Assembly (NCBI GenBank): GCA_016186395.1
Contig: JACPLU010000003.1
Location: forward strand, 11,883-75,882
Length of the DNA: 64,000 nucleotides
Origin: Parcubacteria group bacterium
GTDB taxonomy: Bacteria; Patescibacteriota; Minisyncoccia; 2-02-FULL-40-12
Direction of reading: 5' to 3'
Shown here piece after piece: positions 29,497-39,102 of this stretch. Numbering within the stretch: position 1 is the stretch's first letter; each line of letters begins with the position of its first letter. The notes below the pieces were generated by a model. It searched no databases. It saw only the letters and a list, made by a program, of their open reading frames with translations, and was not told the origin of the DNA. The translations under genes and the position numbers were made by a program.

Positions 29497-29607
29497 CTAT
29501 TTTTTAATTTTCGGATAATTTTTGCTGATTCGCGAGAGCCAAACTCCGATTAATGGACCAACTATAGTTAAGATCAAAAACCAATAGCCGAGTATTTTAA
29601 AGATCAT
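29497..29607 (-). CDS. 36-aa membrane peptide MIFKILGYWFLILTIVGPLIGVWLSRISKNYPKIKK
   Basis: AAAGGAGG SD just after the trpS stop; one hydrophobic helix with a basic tail. Confidence 0.55.
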   Translation of the reverse strand: MIFKILGYWFLILTIVGPLIGVWLSRISKNYPKIKK

Positions 29608-29624
29608 TGGTTCCTCCTTTTGTG

Positions 29625-30602
29625 TTAAATTAGTCCCATTTTTTGTTTCACCTCTTTAAGAGTTTTGTTTGCAATAGCAGATGCTTTTTCTTCATGGTCG
29701 CGAAGTAGATCTTCAATTTTGTCCATATCTTTGGAAAGTTCATTGCGTTTTTGTTGAAATGGTTTGAGAAAATCTATTATAACTTCAGCTAAAATGTTTT
29801 TGAATTCTGCATAAGATTTACCATTGTATATATCCTTATCTTCGCCGTGTGATTTACCGTAGAGTAAGTGATAAATCATAATTAAATTTGAAATTGCCGG
29901 TTTATTTTCTGGGTGGTAGTATATCTCTTTTCCTGAGTCGGTAACGGCCTTTTTTATTTTAGCACGAACAGTATCTGGGTCATCAGAAAGAGCAATTCCT
30001 TCATCTCCAGTTTTGGACATTTTTTTAGCCGGGTCTTGAAGAGACATTATTCTAAGTCCTTCTTCAAGGTGGGGTTTTATCGCTGGAAATGTTTCGCCAA
30101 ACAAATGATTAAATTTTTTGGCAATTTCATTTGTTACATCTATGTGAGGAAGTTGATCTTCTCCAACTGGAACTAAATTGGATTTGTAAAGTAAAATATC
30201 GGATGCCATTAAAACAGGATAGTCAAGAAGACCAACATGATTATATTTTGGATTTTTTTCAAGTTGTTCTCTATAAGTTGGTAGTCTGTCAAGCCAGCTG
30301 ACTGATGTAATGGTATTAAAAATCCAAGCAAGTTCAGTATGGGCTGATACATGAGATTGCCGCATGAGGATTACTTTTTTTGGATCAAGTCCTGCGGCAA
30401 GATAATCCAAAACAGTATCCATTACTTGCTGATGATAGATTTTTGGATCAAATGGGGTAGTGATGCCATGATAATCCACCACGGCATAAACCGCTTGTTC
30501 TAAATCAGGGTGGTTTTGAAGTTCAATCCAATTTTTGATCGCCCCCAGATAGTTACCTAAATGTAATTTACCTGATGGGCGGATACCGCTAAAAATACGC
30601 AT
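29625..30602 (-). CDS. trpS: Tryptophan-tRNA ligase
   Basis: SGIRPSG.LHLGNY, YPVLMASDIL, VPVGEDQ, KMSK, IKKAVTDS. Confidence 0.97.
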   Translation of the reverse strand: MRIFSGIRPSGKLHLGNYLGAIKNWIELQNHPDLEQAVYAVVDYHGITTPFDPKIYHQQVMDTVLDYLAAGLDPKKVILMRQSHVSAHTELAWIFNTITSVSWLDRLPTYREQLEKNPKYNHVGLLDYPVLMASDILLYKSNLVPVGEDQLPHIDVTNEIAKKFNHLFGETFPAIKPHLEEGLRIMSLQDPAKKMSKTGDEGIALSDDPDTVRAKIKKAVTDSGKEIYYHPENKPAISNLIMIYHLLYGKSHGEDKDIYNGKSYAEFKNILAEVIIDFLKPFQQKRNELSKDMDKIEDLLRDHEEKASAIANKTLKEVKQKMGLI

Positions 30603-30851
30603 AATTAAAAAGTTAAAAATTAAAACTCAAAATTACAAATGAAAAATCAAAAGTTATTTTTCTTATATTTATTATAGTATTTTCTGGGATAATTTACATT
30701 TGACAGAATTGTTTATTCTTTTTCGACAATGTGGAAGCGTGGCGGCTTGGTGTCGGGCTAAAAGCCTGACCGCCGCGCTGGAACGTTAGCGAGCATATCG
30801 CTGGAATATGCGAGCGTGTCGGAAAAGTATAAACGATTCTGGAAGTTAAAG

Positions 30852-32792
30852 TTATACCTCAATTATAACAGGAAGTACCATTGGTCTTCGTTGGGTTTTT
30901 TGGAAAAGGTGCTGACCAATTTTTTCTCTGATTTCTTCTTTGAGGTATGCCCAGTTAATCGGACCGCCGCGCATAGTTTTTTGTTCGATTATGGCACGAA
31001 CTTTTTTTCTAACCTCGTTTAACATGTCTACATTGTCTCTAAGATACACAAATCCACGAGAGATAATATCGGGGCTGGTTCTAATTTTTCCAGATCGGCC
31101 ATCAACCAAAGTTACAATAACAAACATGCCATCTTCAGAAAGCATTTGTCGATCGCGTAAGACGACTGACCCAACGTCACCAATTCCGAGGCCGTCCACC
31201 ATGATGTAGTTGGAGGGAGCAGTTTTTTTATCAATCCACCATTGATCAGGGGACAGATGAATAATTTGACCGTTGTCGGCAATGATAATGTTTTCTTCAG
31301 GAATACCTTGAGCTGTACCTAGTTGCCCTAAAGTGACCATCATTGAATATTGGCCATGGTGGGGCATGAGGAATTTTGGCCTTATTAATTTGATGATTTC
31401 AATTAAGTCATCTTGGTGTGCATGGCCACCAGCATGGATGTCCATCATTTGGTAGTGATAGACTCGAACACCACCTCGGTAGAGCATATCTTTCAGGTAT
31501 TGAACCGAGCGTTCGTTACCCGGAATGACTGAAGAGGAGAAGATAACTGTGTCGCCTTTTTGAACTTGAATACGGCGATGTTCACGGTTGACTATACGCA
31601 TCAGAGAAGCTTCTTCTTGGCCCATGGCGCCGGTTGCGATGACGGTTAAGCGATTGCGTGGGTAGTTGTTGATTTGGTCTTTGGATATCTCGGTGCCTTT
31701 GCCGATTTTAATATAGCCCATTTCTTTGGCAATTTCGATATTGGTTTTAACCGAGTAACCGTCAAACAGGACTTTGCGTTCGTATTTTTCGGAAAGCTGA
31801 ACTAACTGTTGCATACGATTAATCATTGAAGAGAATGTGCCAACAATGATAAGACCGGTGGCTTCTTTGAAAATAATTTCCATGTTTTCGTAGATGGTTT
31901 GTTCTGAAATGGAATGACCAGTTTTTTCCGCACTGGTTGAGTCACACATCAACATGTGGATGCCGCGGTCGCCAAAAGCACGGAGTTTGTCAAAGTCAAC
32001 CGGAACATCATTGAGTGGTGTCGGATCAAATTTGAAATCGGCCGTGTGTACAATGTTGCCTACGGGAGTTTCGATGAATACACCCAGGTCATCCGGGATA
32101 TTATGATTCATGTGGAAGAATTCCACTTTGAAATAGTCTCTCATTTGAACAATATCCCCATCTTTCACGACGTGGATTGGAAGTTTTGGGAGATGCGGAA
32201 ATTCGCTATGGCGTTTTAGAACGAAATTTTTAGTCAAAAGAGCAGTATAAATATCGGGATTGCCGAGTTTTTCTTGAAGATAGGGTATAGCTCCAATGTG
32301 GTCTAAGTGTCCGTGAGTTAGGATAAGACCACGGATATTTTTAATTCGGTCTTGCAAATAGCCGGTATTAGGAATAACAAAATCAATACCTGGCATATCT
32401 TCACCTGGGAACATGACCCCGGCATCAATAAGTATAATGTCGTCTTTATATTCGAGCATATACATGTTCTTGCCGATTTCCCCCAAGCCGCCAAGAGCAA
32501 TTACTTTGAGTGTGTTATCACTGTTGATCAGAGCTTGTCCGGAACTGGTCGAGGGGCCAAACTTGCCGGCTTGTATGCTAGTAGGAGGTAGGCGACGCTG
32601 GCTAGCAGGTTGTGATCGGTGTTGGTGGAATCGATTGCGCATTGTGCGCACGGTTTTCTTAGCCTGTGGAGCGGTGGTGGTTTCGGGTGTGCGAGAGCTT
32701 GGGTTGATAGGGGTGCGAGTGTCGCGACGTATGGGTCGCTGGCTGCGGGAACGGTTAAAGTTCGCCCGCGGAACTTTTGTAAATGGTGACAC
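30852..32792 (-). CDS. rnj: Ribonuclease J with basic disordered N-terminal extension
   Basis: LGGLGEIGKNM, THGHLDHIG, HNIPD, HTADFK, HAGGH, RRPMVLPVI. Confidence 0.95.
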   Translation of the reverse strand: MSPFTKVPRANFNRSRSQRPIRRDTRTPINPSSRTPETTTAPQAKKTVRTMRNRFHQHRSQPASQRRLPPTSIQAGKFGPSTSSGQALINSDNTLKVIALGGLGEIGKNMYMLEYKDDIILIDAGVMFPGEDMPGIDFVIPNTGYLQDRIKNIRGLILTHGHLDHIGAIPYLQEKLGNPDIYTALLTKNFVLKRHSEFPHLPKLPIHVVKDGDIVQMRDYFKVEFFHMNHNIPDDLGVFIETPVGNIVHTADFKFDPTPLNDVPVDFDKLRAFGDRGIHMLMCDSTSAEKTGHSISEQTIYENMEIIFKEATGLIIVGTFSSMINRMQQLVQLSEKYERKVLFDGYSVKTNIEIAKEMGYIKIGKGTEISKDQINNYPRNRLTVIATGAMGQEEASLMRIVNREHRRIQVQKGDTVIFSSSVIPGNERSVQYLKDMLYRGGVRVYHYQMMDIHAGGHAHQDDLIEIIKLIRPKFLMPHHGQYSMMVTLGQLGTAQGIPEENIIIADNGQIIHLSPDQWWIDKKTAPSNYIMVDGLGIGDVGSVVLRDRQMLSEDGMFVIVTLVDGRSGKIRTSPDIISRGFVYLRDNVDMLNEVRKKVRAIIEQKTMRGGPINWAYLKEEIREKIGQHLFQKTQRRPMVLPVIIEV

Positions 32793-32880
32793 TTAATAAA
32801 AATCAAAAATCAAAAGGCAAAAGTCAAAAGTATGAATAAAGATCTTTTGATTTTTTGAAGTTTTTAGAGAAATTACTTAA

Positions 32881-32962
32881 TGCCGATGGTGGGATTTGAA
32901 CCCACAAGCCTTACGGCACATACTTCTGAAGTATGCATGTTTGCCAGTTTCATCACATCGGC
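32881..32962 (-). tRNA. tRNA-Leu(CAG), CCA not encoded
   Basis: GCCGATG acceptor stem, CATAC-TTCAGAA-GTATG anticodon arm, long variable arm, GGTTCAAATCC T-arm. Confidence 0.95.
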
Positions 32963-32990
32963 CTCGGGCACTGGCGGGCAGGTCTGTCAG

Positions 32991-33110
32991 CCTGCCCCGT
33001 ACCGAGCTTTGCTCTGGTGCGGGGTTCCGCCATCTGCCCGCCAGCGGAATGAGGATTAATCTGCCAACCTGCCCCGCACCGAACTTTGCTCTGGTGTGGG
33101 GTTCCGCCAT
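32991..33110. repeat. Two ~43-bp REP-like palindromic direct repeats
   Basis: CCTGCCCCGYACCGARCTTTGCTCTGGTGYGGGGTTCCGCCAT at 32991 and 33068. Confidence 0.85.
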
Positions 33111-33179
33111 GGGGGCAGGAGCTTTTTGGGTTAAAGCTCTTCCGAGAAAATGTTAAATGTGAGCCAAGTTTTTAGTAGG

Positions 33180-34184
33180 CTAAGCTGTTAATTTTTCTAA
33201 ATCTTTAAATCTATCCAAAAGTTCGTTATTACTCGGATCTTGTTTAGAGTTGATTGCCATAAAGTAACTGGTCCATATCGCAAGAGTATAATTAGTAAAA
33301 ATTTTCTGAATCACATTATCTCCTTCTAGGGTAATAACTTGATGGTTTATACTAAGATCGCTAAGTATTTTAACGGCGACATCTAATTTTTTTATTTGTT
33401 TTGGGTTCTCTTGGGGATCAGATAATAATATCGAATAAAAGTTTTTACTAGATTCAAATCCAACAATTTCGTTATGAGCAATACTTGGAAAGTGGTTCCA
33501 AAAAGAATGAGCCTTCGCGTTTTCATTGAAATTTATCTTCCATAATAGAGGCAGTGCCCGCCATTTATAAGAAGAATAAATGATTGGGGTAAGATTATTA
33601 ATTTGATTGGCTATATTTTTACCGGTTATCTCTAACTCTTCGGGTTTCAGTGTATTTTTAAGATCCAAGAGTTGCTTTAAAATGTTATTTTCTGGAAATT
33701 TAAGTATAGCAGAATCATTCAAGAAGGTCAATAGGGCAGAAAACATATAAGCGGTTCCAATCCGTGGCGGTATATTTTCCTGGGGTAGCAGTATAAAACC
33801 GAGAGAATTTTGAGCCAATTCTCTTAACTTTCCTCCTTTTGTTATAACAACTGTTTGAATGCCTTTTTCTATGGCAGATTTGTATGAGGAAATAGTTTCA
33901 TCGGTATTGCCGGACCAAGAAACACATATTACAAGATCATTTTTTGAGACCCAACTTGGCAGTTCGTAGTCGCGATGAATATAAAAATTATAATTCGGGG
34001 TTTGAGTAACTTCACAAAGAGTCATTAGGATTTCTGCGGGCATCATTGATCCACCCATTCCGCAAAGAACGATTTTATCAAATTTTTTTTGATCGAACTT
34101 AACACTTTTGGCAGATTCACTTCCTGTTTGAAATTGTTCCGGGATATTTAAAATTGTTTGGCGGAAGTCCGAATCGTGAATCAT
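33180..34184 (-). CDS. Bifunctional phosphoglucose/phosphomannose isomerase (SIS domain)
   Basis: CGMGGS, SWSGNTDET, WKINFNENAK, HNEI. Confidence 0.92.
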   Translation of the reverse strand: MIHDSDFRQTILNIPEQFQTGSESAKSVKFDQKKFDKIVLCGMGGSMMPAEILMTLCEVTQTPNYNFYIHRDYELPSWVSKNDLVICVSWSGNTDETISSYKSAIEKGIQTVVITKGGKLRELAQNSLGFILLPQENIPPRIGTAYMFSALLTFLNDSAILKFPENNILKQLLDLKNTLKPEELEITGKNIANQINNLTPIIYSSYKWRALPLLWKINFNENAKAHSFWNHFPSIAHNEIVGFESSKNFYSILLSDPQENPKQIKKLDVAVKILSDLSINHQVITLEGDNVIQKIFTNYTLAIWTSYFMAINSKQDPSNNELLDRFKDLEKLTA

Positions 34185-34262
34185 GAATCATGAAACATGA
34201 AACCTAAATCATGAAACATGAAACATCGTAATGTTCCATATTTCATGTTCAATGTTCCATGG
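34174..34262. repeat. Heptamer tandem-repeat hairpin (CATGAAA type)
   Basis: TCATGAA/ACATGAA units followed by complementary TTTCATG/TTCCATG units; relatives at ~6790 and ~44293. Confidence 0.8.
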
Positions 34263-34263
34263 C

Positions 34264-36060
34264 TTACCTTCTTACTCTTTTAGTTTCAATATACCATTTG
34301 TTTATGTTAGAAAATCTATCTGAAGGAATCCCAATAAGTTGGATGTCTAGACCCTGGACCTTTTTTGTTACTGGATACAGATAGGTTGGGCTGTATAGAA
34401 AGATTGCCGGTATATCTTCAGCGACTATTTTTTGGAAATTATCGTATTTTTGTTTACGAGCGTCTGGATCAAGAGTTTGTCGGGCTTCCTCTAAAAGTTT
34501 ATCAGCATCTTTGTTGTCATACAATGCCAGATTTAAACCAGGATCTTTTTTTTGAGAAGAATGCCAAAAACTGAATGGGTCAGGATCTATTGTTAAAACC
34601 TCCCCAAATAACATTATTTGATAGTCCCTATTTTTGATGTAGGTTTGTTGAAGTTCGTTTACCATCGCGCTTTGAATGTTCAATTTAACGCCGATGTTGG
34701 CCCATTGATTTTTTACTAGGTTAGCAACTTCTAACAGCTCGGACCAATTTGAAGTAATAAGATTTAATTCTAATTTTTCAGTTTTGGTTACATTACCTTT
34801 TTTGTCTTTTTCCTGTTTTTCACGTACTCCATCGTTGCCGATTTGCCATCCTGCATTGTCTAGAATCTGTTTTGCAAATTCTGGATTAAAGTCGTATTTT
34901 TTTATATCGCTATTGATTTTTAAAATTTCTGGAAGCATTGGAGAGTCAGCTGTTATAGCTTCACCGTCAAGAATATCATTTATAATTGCTTTTTTTTCTG
35001 TGCCGTAGCTTAAAGCAATACGGATGTTTTTGTCTGATAAGAGTTTGCTTTGGTTCGGGTTTAAAAATAATGCAAAATATCTCGGTAAATTAATTTGGTG
35101 CAATGTAAATCGTGACTGAAATTGCAGTTTTTTTAATCCTCGGTTTGAGACAAAACTTATTCCGTCAATTTCACCGTGTTTGTAAGCATCCAGTATTTCT
35201 TCCTCGGAAGCGTATGATTTGGTGACGAACTTTTGAATGTATGCTTTGCCACCGTGGTATTCTTTGTAAGCTTCCAGGTCGTATTCTATAATTTTGCCTG
35301 ATGAATCTTTTTTTAATTTAACAAATTTATATGGCCCGGTCCCTATGGGTCTTAAGTTGCTTTCAGTTCTGGCAAAGTTCATCGGTTTAATATCTGCCCA
35401 AACATGTTGAGGCAAAATGCCAATTTGAGTGTTAACAATAAATTGAGCGTATTTATTTTTTAAACTGAATCTGACAATATAATCATCAACTTTTTCTGCT
35501 TCTACTCCTTGCCAATTAATTCTTTGAGCGCTGTTAAAATCGGCATTCTGTATGGTGAAGATTGTAAATATTACATCGTCGGCGGTGAATGGTTTGCCAT
35601 CATGCCATTTAACATTTTTTTTCAAAAAGAATGTGTAGCTTAGGCCGTCGTTGGATAATTCATAGTGGCTGGCTAGATCGGGTATCAAGTTGCCCTTGCC
35701 GTCGTTTTTCATCAAGCCTGAATATAAAAGGGCGGTAAGATCTCTATCTGCATCCGAAGCCTCCAATACAGGATTAATGAATCTCGGTTCACCTAAAATT
35801 CCTTCTTTGTATGTACCTCCAAAATCGGGCGCCGCTTTTGTATAATGATAATAACTTGAAATAGGGATAGCTATTATTCCAGCAGCTGTTAAAAGAATAA
35901 ATAAAAATATTAAATAGCGTTCTTTTTTTGTTAGAACGTGAGGAAGGTTCTTTGTAAAAATATCAATACCAAAACGATTTTTCAGTCGTTTTAGAAGAGA
36001 ATCTTTATTAGTCTTTTCTTTTTTTGGGTTTGAGTTGTAAAAAAAATCTAGTTCGTCCAC
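34264..36060 (-). CDS. Peptide ABC transporter substrate-binding protein (family 5)
   Basis: PDLA..Y..S.DG..YTF.L....WHDGKPFTADDV.FT, PIGTGPY, P.IFLY. Confidence 0.93.
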   Translation of the reverse strand: MDELDFFYNSNPKKEKTNKDSLLKRLKNRFGIDIFTKNLPHVLTKKERYLIFLFILLTAAGIIAIPISSYYHYTKAAPDFGGTYKEGILGEPRFINPVLEASDADRDLTALLYSGLMKNDGKGNLIPDLASHYELSNDGLSYTFFLKKNVKWHDGKPFTADDVIFTIFTIQNADFNSAQRINWQGVEAEKVDDYIVRFSLKNKYAQFIVNTQIGILPQHVWADIKPMNFARTESNLRPIGTGPYKFVKLKKDSSGKIIEYDLEAYKEYHGGKAYIQKFVTKSYASEEEILDAYKHGEIDGISFVSNRGLKKLQFQSRFTLHQINLPRYFALFLNPNQSKLLSDKNIRIALSYGTEKKAIINDILDGEAITADSPMLPEILKINSDIKKYDFNPEFAKQILDNAGWQIGNDGVREKQEKDKKGNVTKTEKLELNLITSNWSELLEVANLVKNQWANIGVKLNIQSAMVNELQQTYIKNRDYQIMLFGEVLTIDPDPFSFWHSSQKKDPGLNLALYDNKDADKLLEEARQTLDPDARKQKYDNFQKIVAEDIPAIFLYSPTYLYPVTKKVQGLDIQLIGIPSDRFSNINKWYIETKRVRR

Positions 36061-36150
36061 TAATTTTAAACATGATCCGTCAGAGACTCGTTTCGCTCTC
36101 GTTAAAGAGAAAGGAAACGAGAATCGTATACGGTTATAACACGTATAAAT

Positions 36151-36366
36151 TTATAATAAGAGTCTGGCTATCGATACCCCAATAAAAAGTACCGTCAATA
36201 CGATACTTGAGATGAATATTGTTTTTTCAATTCCTCGGCGTGTACTGTAAAGACTACTTTCTCCGCCGAAAACCCCTGAAAGACCCCCGCCTCTTTGTTG
36301 AAGAAGAATAGCGGCTATTAAAAGAATTGAAATTATAATTTGGGCGATATTTAATGTTGTTGTCAT
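36151..36366 (-). CDS. secG: Preprotein translocase subunit SecG
   Basis: ILLQQRGGGLSGVFGG...TRRG.EK with two TM helices. Confidence 0.92.
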   Translation of the reverse strand: MTTTLNIAQIIISILLIAAILLQQRGGGLSGVFGGESSLYSTRRGIEKTIFISSIVLTVLFIGVSIARLLL

Positions 36367-36371
36367 GTTTT

Positions 36372-36728
36372 CTATGCGACTATTTTATTTGTAATTCCTC
36401 CTAACACATTTGAGATTCCAATAATGATAGTGCTCCAAAATAATGCTTCAATTGTCTCAATAGTAAAGAAGTTAAATATATAGTCTGTGGTTAAAAGCAG
36501 GACAGCGTTTATGACAATTGAGAACAAACCAAGGGTTATGATTATCAGTGGGGCAGTAATTAATTTAATAATGGGTTTTACGACCAGATTTAAGATAGCC
36601 AAAACAACTCCAATAATCAAGTATTCTTTGATTCCTCCGTTTACTAAAAAACCGCTTACAAAGTAACTAGCAAGCCATAAGCCTGCTAAATTAGCTAGAA
36701 TTGAAACTATAAACCTAGTCATTTTCAA
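36372..36728 (-). CDS. 4-TM phage-holin-family (YvlD/DUF360-like) membrane protein
   Basis: LN..VKPIIKLITAPL.I.TLGLFS.VINA. Confidence 0.85.
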   Translation of the reverse strand: MKMTRFIVSILANLAGLWLASYFVSGFLVNGGIKEYLIIGVVLAILNLVVKPIIKLITAPLIIITLGLFSIVINAVLLLTTDYIFNFFTIETIEALFWSTIIIGISNVLGGITNKIVA

Positions 36729-36776
36729 GCCTATCTATATTAGCATGTCCTAACGGATGTGGGCTCTTGACAATAT

Positions 36777-38066
36777 CTAGTTTATCAGTCTTATTCTGTG
36801 TAATTTTCTGTAATAAGAAATCGCAAATCGGTGAGCTTCGGAGTCAATATTTAGTATGAGATTTTTAGTTTCTTTTGGCAGGTCGCCTAATTTGATAGGC
36901 GATTTTTTTGTAGAAGTGAAAATATGATCGCCACGATGTTTGGCATCTTTAGTTAAAGCGATTATTGGGATTTTAAATTTGAATAATTTTAGTATTTTTA
37001 TTGCTAAATTCAGTTGCCCCTTTCCGCCGTCTAGTATTATTAAGTCTGGCATTGGCCATTCTTGATGATTAAATCTTCTTTCTAAAACTTCCTTTAACAT
37101 AGCGATATCATCTGGAGTCGTTTTGCTTCTAATTTTAAATTTTTTGTATTCTTTTTTTTCTGGTTGACCGTTTGTAAAAACAACCATTGAGCCAGTTGCA
37201 AATTTACCTTGAATGTTAGCTATATCGTATCCTTCGATTCTTTTGGGAATGTGAGATAGTCTTAGATAACTTTTTAGTTCTTTTAGGGCATTACTATTTG
37301 TTGTATTCGTATGAGTTTGTCTTTCGATAAACTCAGGATTGGCATCGCGCAGAATTTTTGCATTTTCAAACACCCTTTCCATCTTTTGAATTTTTTGCCG
37401 TAGCTCAATTGCTTCCTCAAATTTTTCATTTTGGGCTAAATTATCCATTTCTTTTGTTAGTTTTTTGACTAAGGCCGTCTTTTTACCACTTAATATGTTT
37501 TTAATGGCATTTATATTTTTTCTATATGTCTTTTTTTCTAAATCTGATACTTTTTTCTTTAAACAGCAAAATCCAAGACAGTTGCCAATATGATAATTGA
37601 GACATAATACATTATGAGTTTGTTTGCAGGTGCAATAGGGGAATATTTTGCGTAAAAGCCTTAGCGTCGTTTTTAAAGCAGTTCCATCTGTGAATGGACC
37701 AATAAATTTTTTGCCAAGTTCAACGACTTGATGGGTAATATATATTTTAGGGAAGTTCTCTTTAGTAATTGCAGCATAAAAATATCGTTTTTCGTCACGA
37801 AGTTTAATATTAAATAAGGGTTTGAGTTTTTTAATAAGCTGGGATTCTAAAATTAAAGCTTCGATTTCAGAGTTAACCATCTGATAATCTAAGCGAGTCG
37901 CTTCATGTACAAGAAGTTTTATACGCGAATCCTGGGTGCTAGTAAAATATGACTTTACTCGGTTACGCAAATTTAGCGCCTTGCCAACATAAAGAAGTTT
38001 TCTGTTTTTGAAAAATTTGTATACCCCCGGTGATTGAGGAATTTGTTTAAAGTCTGGTCTTTGCAC
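36777..38066 (-). CDS. uvrC: Excinuclease ABC subunit C, short form without C-terminal HhH domain
   Basis: PGVY.F...LYVGKA.NLRNRVKSYF, EALILE, RIEGYDI, PDLIILDGGKGQ, EAHRFAI. Confidence 0.92.
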   Translation of the reverse strand: MQRPDFKQIPQSPGVYKFFKNRKLLYVGKALNLRNRVKSYFTSTQDSRIKLLVHEATRLDYQMVNSEIEALILESQLIKKLKPLFNIKLRDEKRYFYAAITKENFPKIYITHQVVELGKKFIGPFTDGTALKTTLRLLRKIFPYCTCKQTHNVLCLNYHIGNCLGFCCLKKKVSDLEKKTYRKNINAIKNILSGKKTALVKKLTKEMDNLAQNEKFEEAIELRQKIQKMERVFENAKILRDANPEFIERQTHTNTTNSNALKELKSYLRLSHIPKRIEGYDIANIQGKFATGSMVVFTNGQPEKKEYKKFKIRSKTTPDDIAMLKEVLERRFNHQEWPMPDLIILDGGKGQLNLAIKILKLFKFKIPIIALTKDAKHRGDHIFTSTKKSPIKLGDLPKETKNLILNIDSEAHRFAISYYRKLHRIRLIN

Positions 38067-38151
38067 AGCAGTATTATTAGAACATTAATGATATATCTAG
38101 TCAATGAATGAGAGTTAGTTCAGAAAATATTATTTGTGATATAGTGCAATC

Positions 38152-39102
38152 GTGTTAAGCGAAAGAGCAAAATTATTGCTTTCTAATATTGTGTATCGGA
38201 GTTTGTTTGGCGTTTTTTTTACATACGAACAAATAGAGTCAGTGGGACTTAAGGATGCGCTGACGGAACTTTTTGAAAAAAAAATAATCAGAGAATGCAT
38301 GTTTCATGAAAAAAGATTTATAGTACTTGTTGAACATGAGAAAGAATTGGAAAATTTCTTGGCCATGCGGAAAGTTGCGGAACAGAAAAAGGGGACCCTG
38401 ATAAAATATTTAAAATTTTTTCGTATTTCTCCCTTTATCAGAGCGGTCTTTATAAGTGGGTCATTAACTTTAGGCAGAGTAGAGGACGATAGTGACCTTG
38501 ATGTTTTTGTTTTGACTGCACCCGACCGAATTTGGACAGCCAGATTTTTACTTTCAGCTATTCTCTCATTATTTGGAATTCGTAGAACGAAATTTGAATC
38601 TATTGCTCCCAATAAAATTTGTTTGAGTCATTATATGACTACAAATGCATTGTTTGATTATGAAAGTATTTTTACCGCTCAAGTTCTGGGAAATTTAGAG
38701 CTTTTGTGGGAAGCAAAACCAGAAATTGGCAAGACTTTTGTCAGAAAACATAAATGGCTTCGAAAGTATCTATTAATAAGCCCTAATGAGTTATTGGAAA
38801 AACAAGTTAATAAAATAGGTCAAAGTTTGGTTCAAAAAATAGGGGAATGGTTTTTAAACGGGTGGTTTGGGTCAATCATTGAATGGTTTTTAAGAATTAT
38901 TCAGTTAAGGAGGATAAAAAATGATCCCAAAACTCTACGTCCCAATGGCAGAATAGTAGCAACAGATCAAATGCTCGAATTTCATCCTGATTCAAAAGAG
39001 GGGGAAGTAATCAGGGACTACAATTTGGCTATGAAAAAACTCGGATTTCCCGAGTTTGCGAATGAGAGGAGTTCTAAGATGGAAGTAGTGATTAGTAACT
39101 AA
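38152..39102 (+). CDS. Nucleotidyltransferase-domain protein
   Basis: PFIRAVFISGSL......DSDLDVF motif (GS...DxD). Confidence 0.75.
   Translation: MLSERAKLLLSNIVYRSLFGVFFTYEQIESVGLKDALTELFEKKIIRECMFHEKRFIVLVEHEKELENFLAMRKVAEQKKGTLIKYLKFFRISPFIRAVFISGSLTLGRVEDDSDLDVFVLTAPDRIWTARFLLSAILSLFGIRRTKFESIAPNKICLSHYMTTNALFDYESIFTAQVLGNLELLWEAKPEIGKTFVRKHKWLRKYLLISPNELLEKQVNKIGQSLVQKIGEWFLNGWFGSIIEWFLRIIQLRRIKNDPKTLRPNGRIVATDQMLEFHPDSKEGEVIRDYNLAMKKLGFPEFANERSSKMEVVISN

Noticed and set aside
32877-33156. ORFs 32877-33110 and 32896-33156
   Set aside because: They overlap tRNA-Leu and REP-like repeats.
36372-36728. Holin-family gene as a sign of a prophage
   Set aside because: This family is common in chromosomes; neighbours are secG and uvrC, and no phage genes are present.
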